Assembly: GCA_046582655.1 (NCBI GenBank)
Contig: JAYGDX010000069.1
Location: forward strand, 1 to 52,265
Direction: 5' to 3'
DNA length: 52,265 nucleotides
Source of the DNA: Candidatus Poribacteria bacterium
GTDB taxonomy: Bacteria; Poribacteria; WGA-4E; UBA9662
Shown: positions 51,894 through 52,265 of the stretch, in pieces
How the letters are laid out: each line of letters begins with the position of its first letter
Numbering within the stretch: the first letter of the stretch is position 1
Position numbers and translations under genes: made by a program
The notes under the pieces: generated by a model
The model's database searches: none
What the model was told of the DNA's origin: nothing
What the model saw: the letters and a program-made list of their open reading frames with translations, nothing else

Positions 51894-51983
51894 TCTTACT
51901 TTTTCTTTATTGGTAATATACCTTTACCCTTTTTGATTTTAGGTGTCCATATTAATGACATTCAGTGTACTTGAAGAATTGAA

Positions 51984-52265
51984 ATGAAGAAGTTTATTTG
52001 GTTATTGGCAATAGTTGCTTTAATAGTTTCGGTCTATGCCGAAGATGAAATAGTAGTGGAAAGGGCTGAATTCAAACATTGGAACCAGTTTCGTGGACCA
52101 AATGGAAATGGTCAAGTCATGGGGAAAGAATTACCAATAGAATTTAGCGAAACCAAGAACCTACGTTGGAAGACGTCAATCCATGACGATGGCTATTCTT
52201 CCCCCATCATTTGGAATAATCAAATTTGGTTGACTGCCGCTTCGTATGATGATCGAAAACTCTTC
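51984..52265 (+). CDS. PQQ-binding-like beta-propeller protein, runs off the window
   Basis: Signal peptide MKKFIWLLAIVALIVSVYA; WNQFRGPNGNG, LPIEFSETKNLRWKT, GYSSPII motifs. Confidence 0.85.
   Translation, partial: MKKFIWLLAIVALIVSVYAEDEIVVERAEFKHWNQFRGPNGNGQVMGKELPIEFSETKNLRWKTSIHDDGYSSPIIWNNQIWLTAASYDDRKLF

Overview
A 52-kb bacterial chromosomal segment. The C-terminal motif QNYPNPFNPETWIPY, the LamG-type tail VSPSGKAAT and the PhyH, HEAT, PQQ-propeller and FGE-domain genes suggest Candidatus Poribacteria or a relative; this is inference, not tested. Intact core genes include sufS-sufE, lysA, thrS, tRNA-Gly/Cys/Val, trpBA, ccmB/C/D, pcs and an LMW-PTP. The dominant feature is a 4,988-aa secreted surface protein: about 14 PKD domains, many Ig/cadherin-like domains, an acidic 9-aa repeat, then dockerin, cohesin and a T9SS-like C-terminal domain. 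There is also a PorV-like barrel-OmpA-SPOR fusion next to an apparently catalytically degenerate GH36 protein. Several accessory genes are decayed: a cyclase/histidine-kinase junction, a GNAT, a PhyH-HEAT gene, a LamG remnant, a flagellin remnant missed by the ORF track that keeps a sigma28-like promoter, and a choline-kinase-like gene. The kinase lies in a 1.39-kb block bracketed by two direct copies of a 30-bp palindrome resembling a recombinase core site. No CRISPR array, transposase, integrase or reverse transcriptase was seen.
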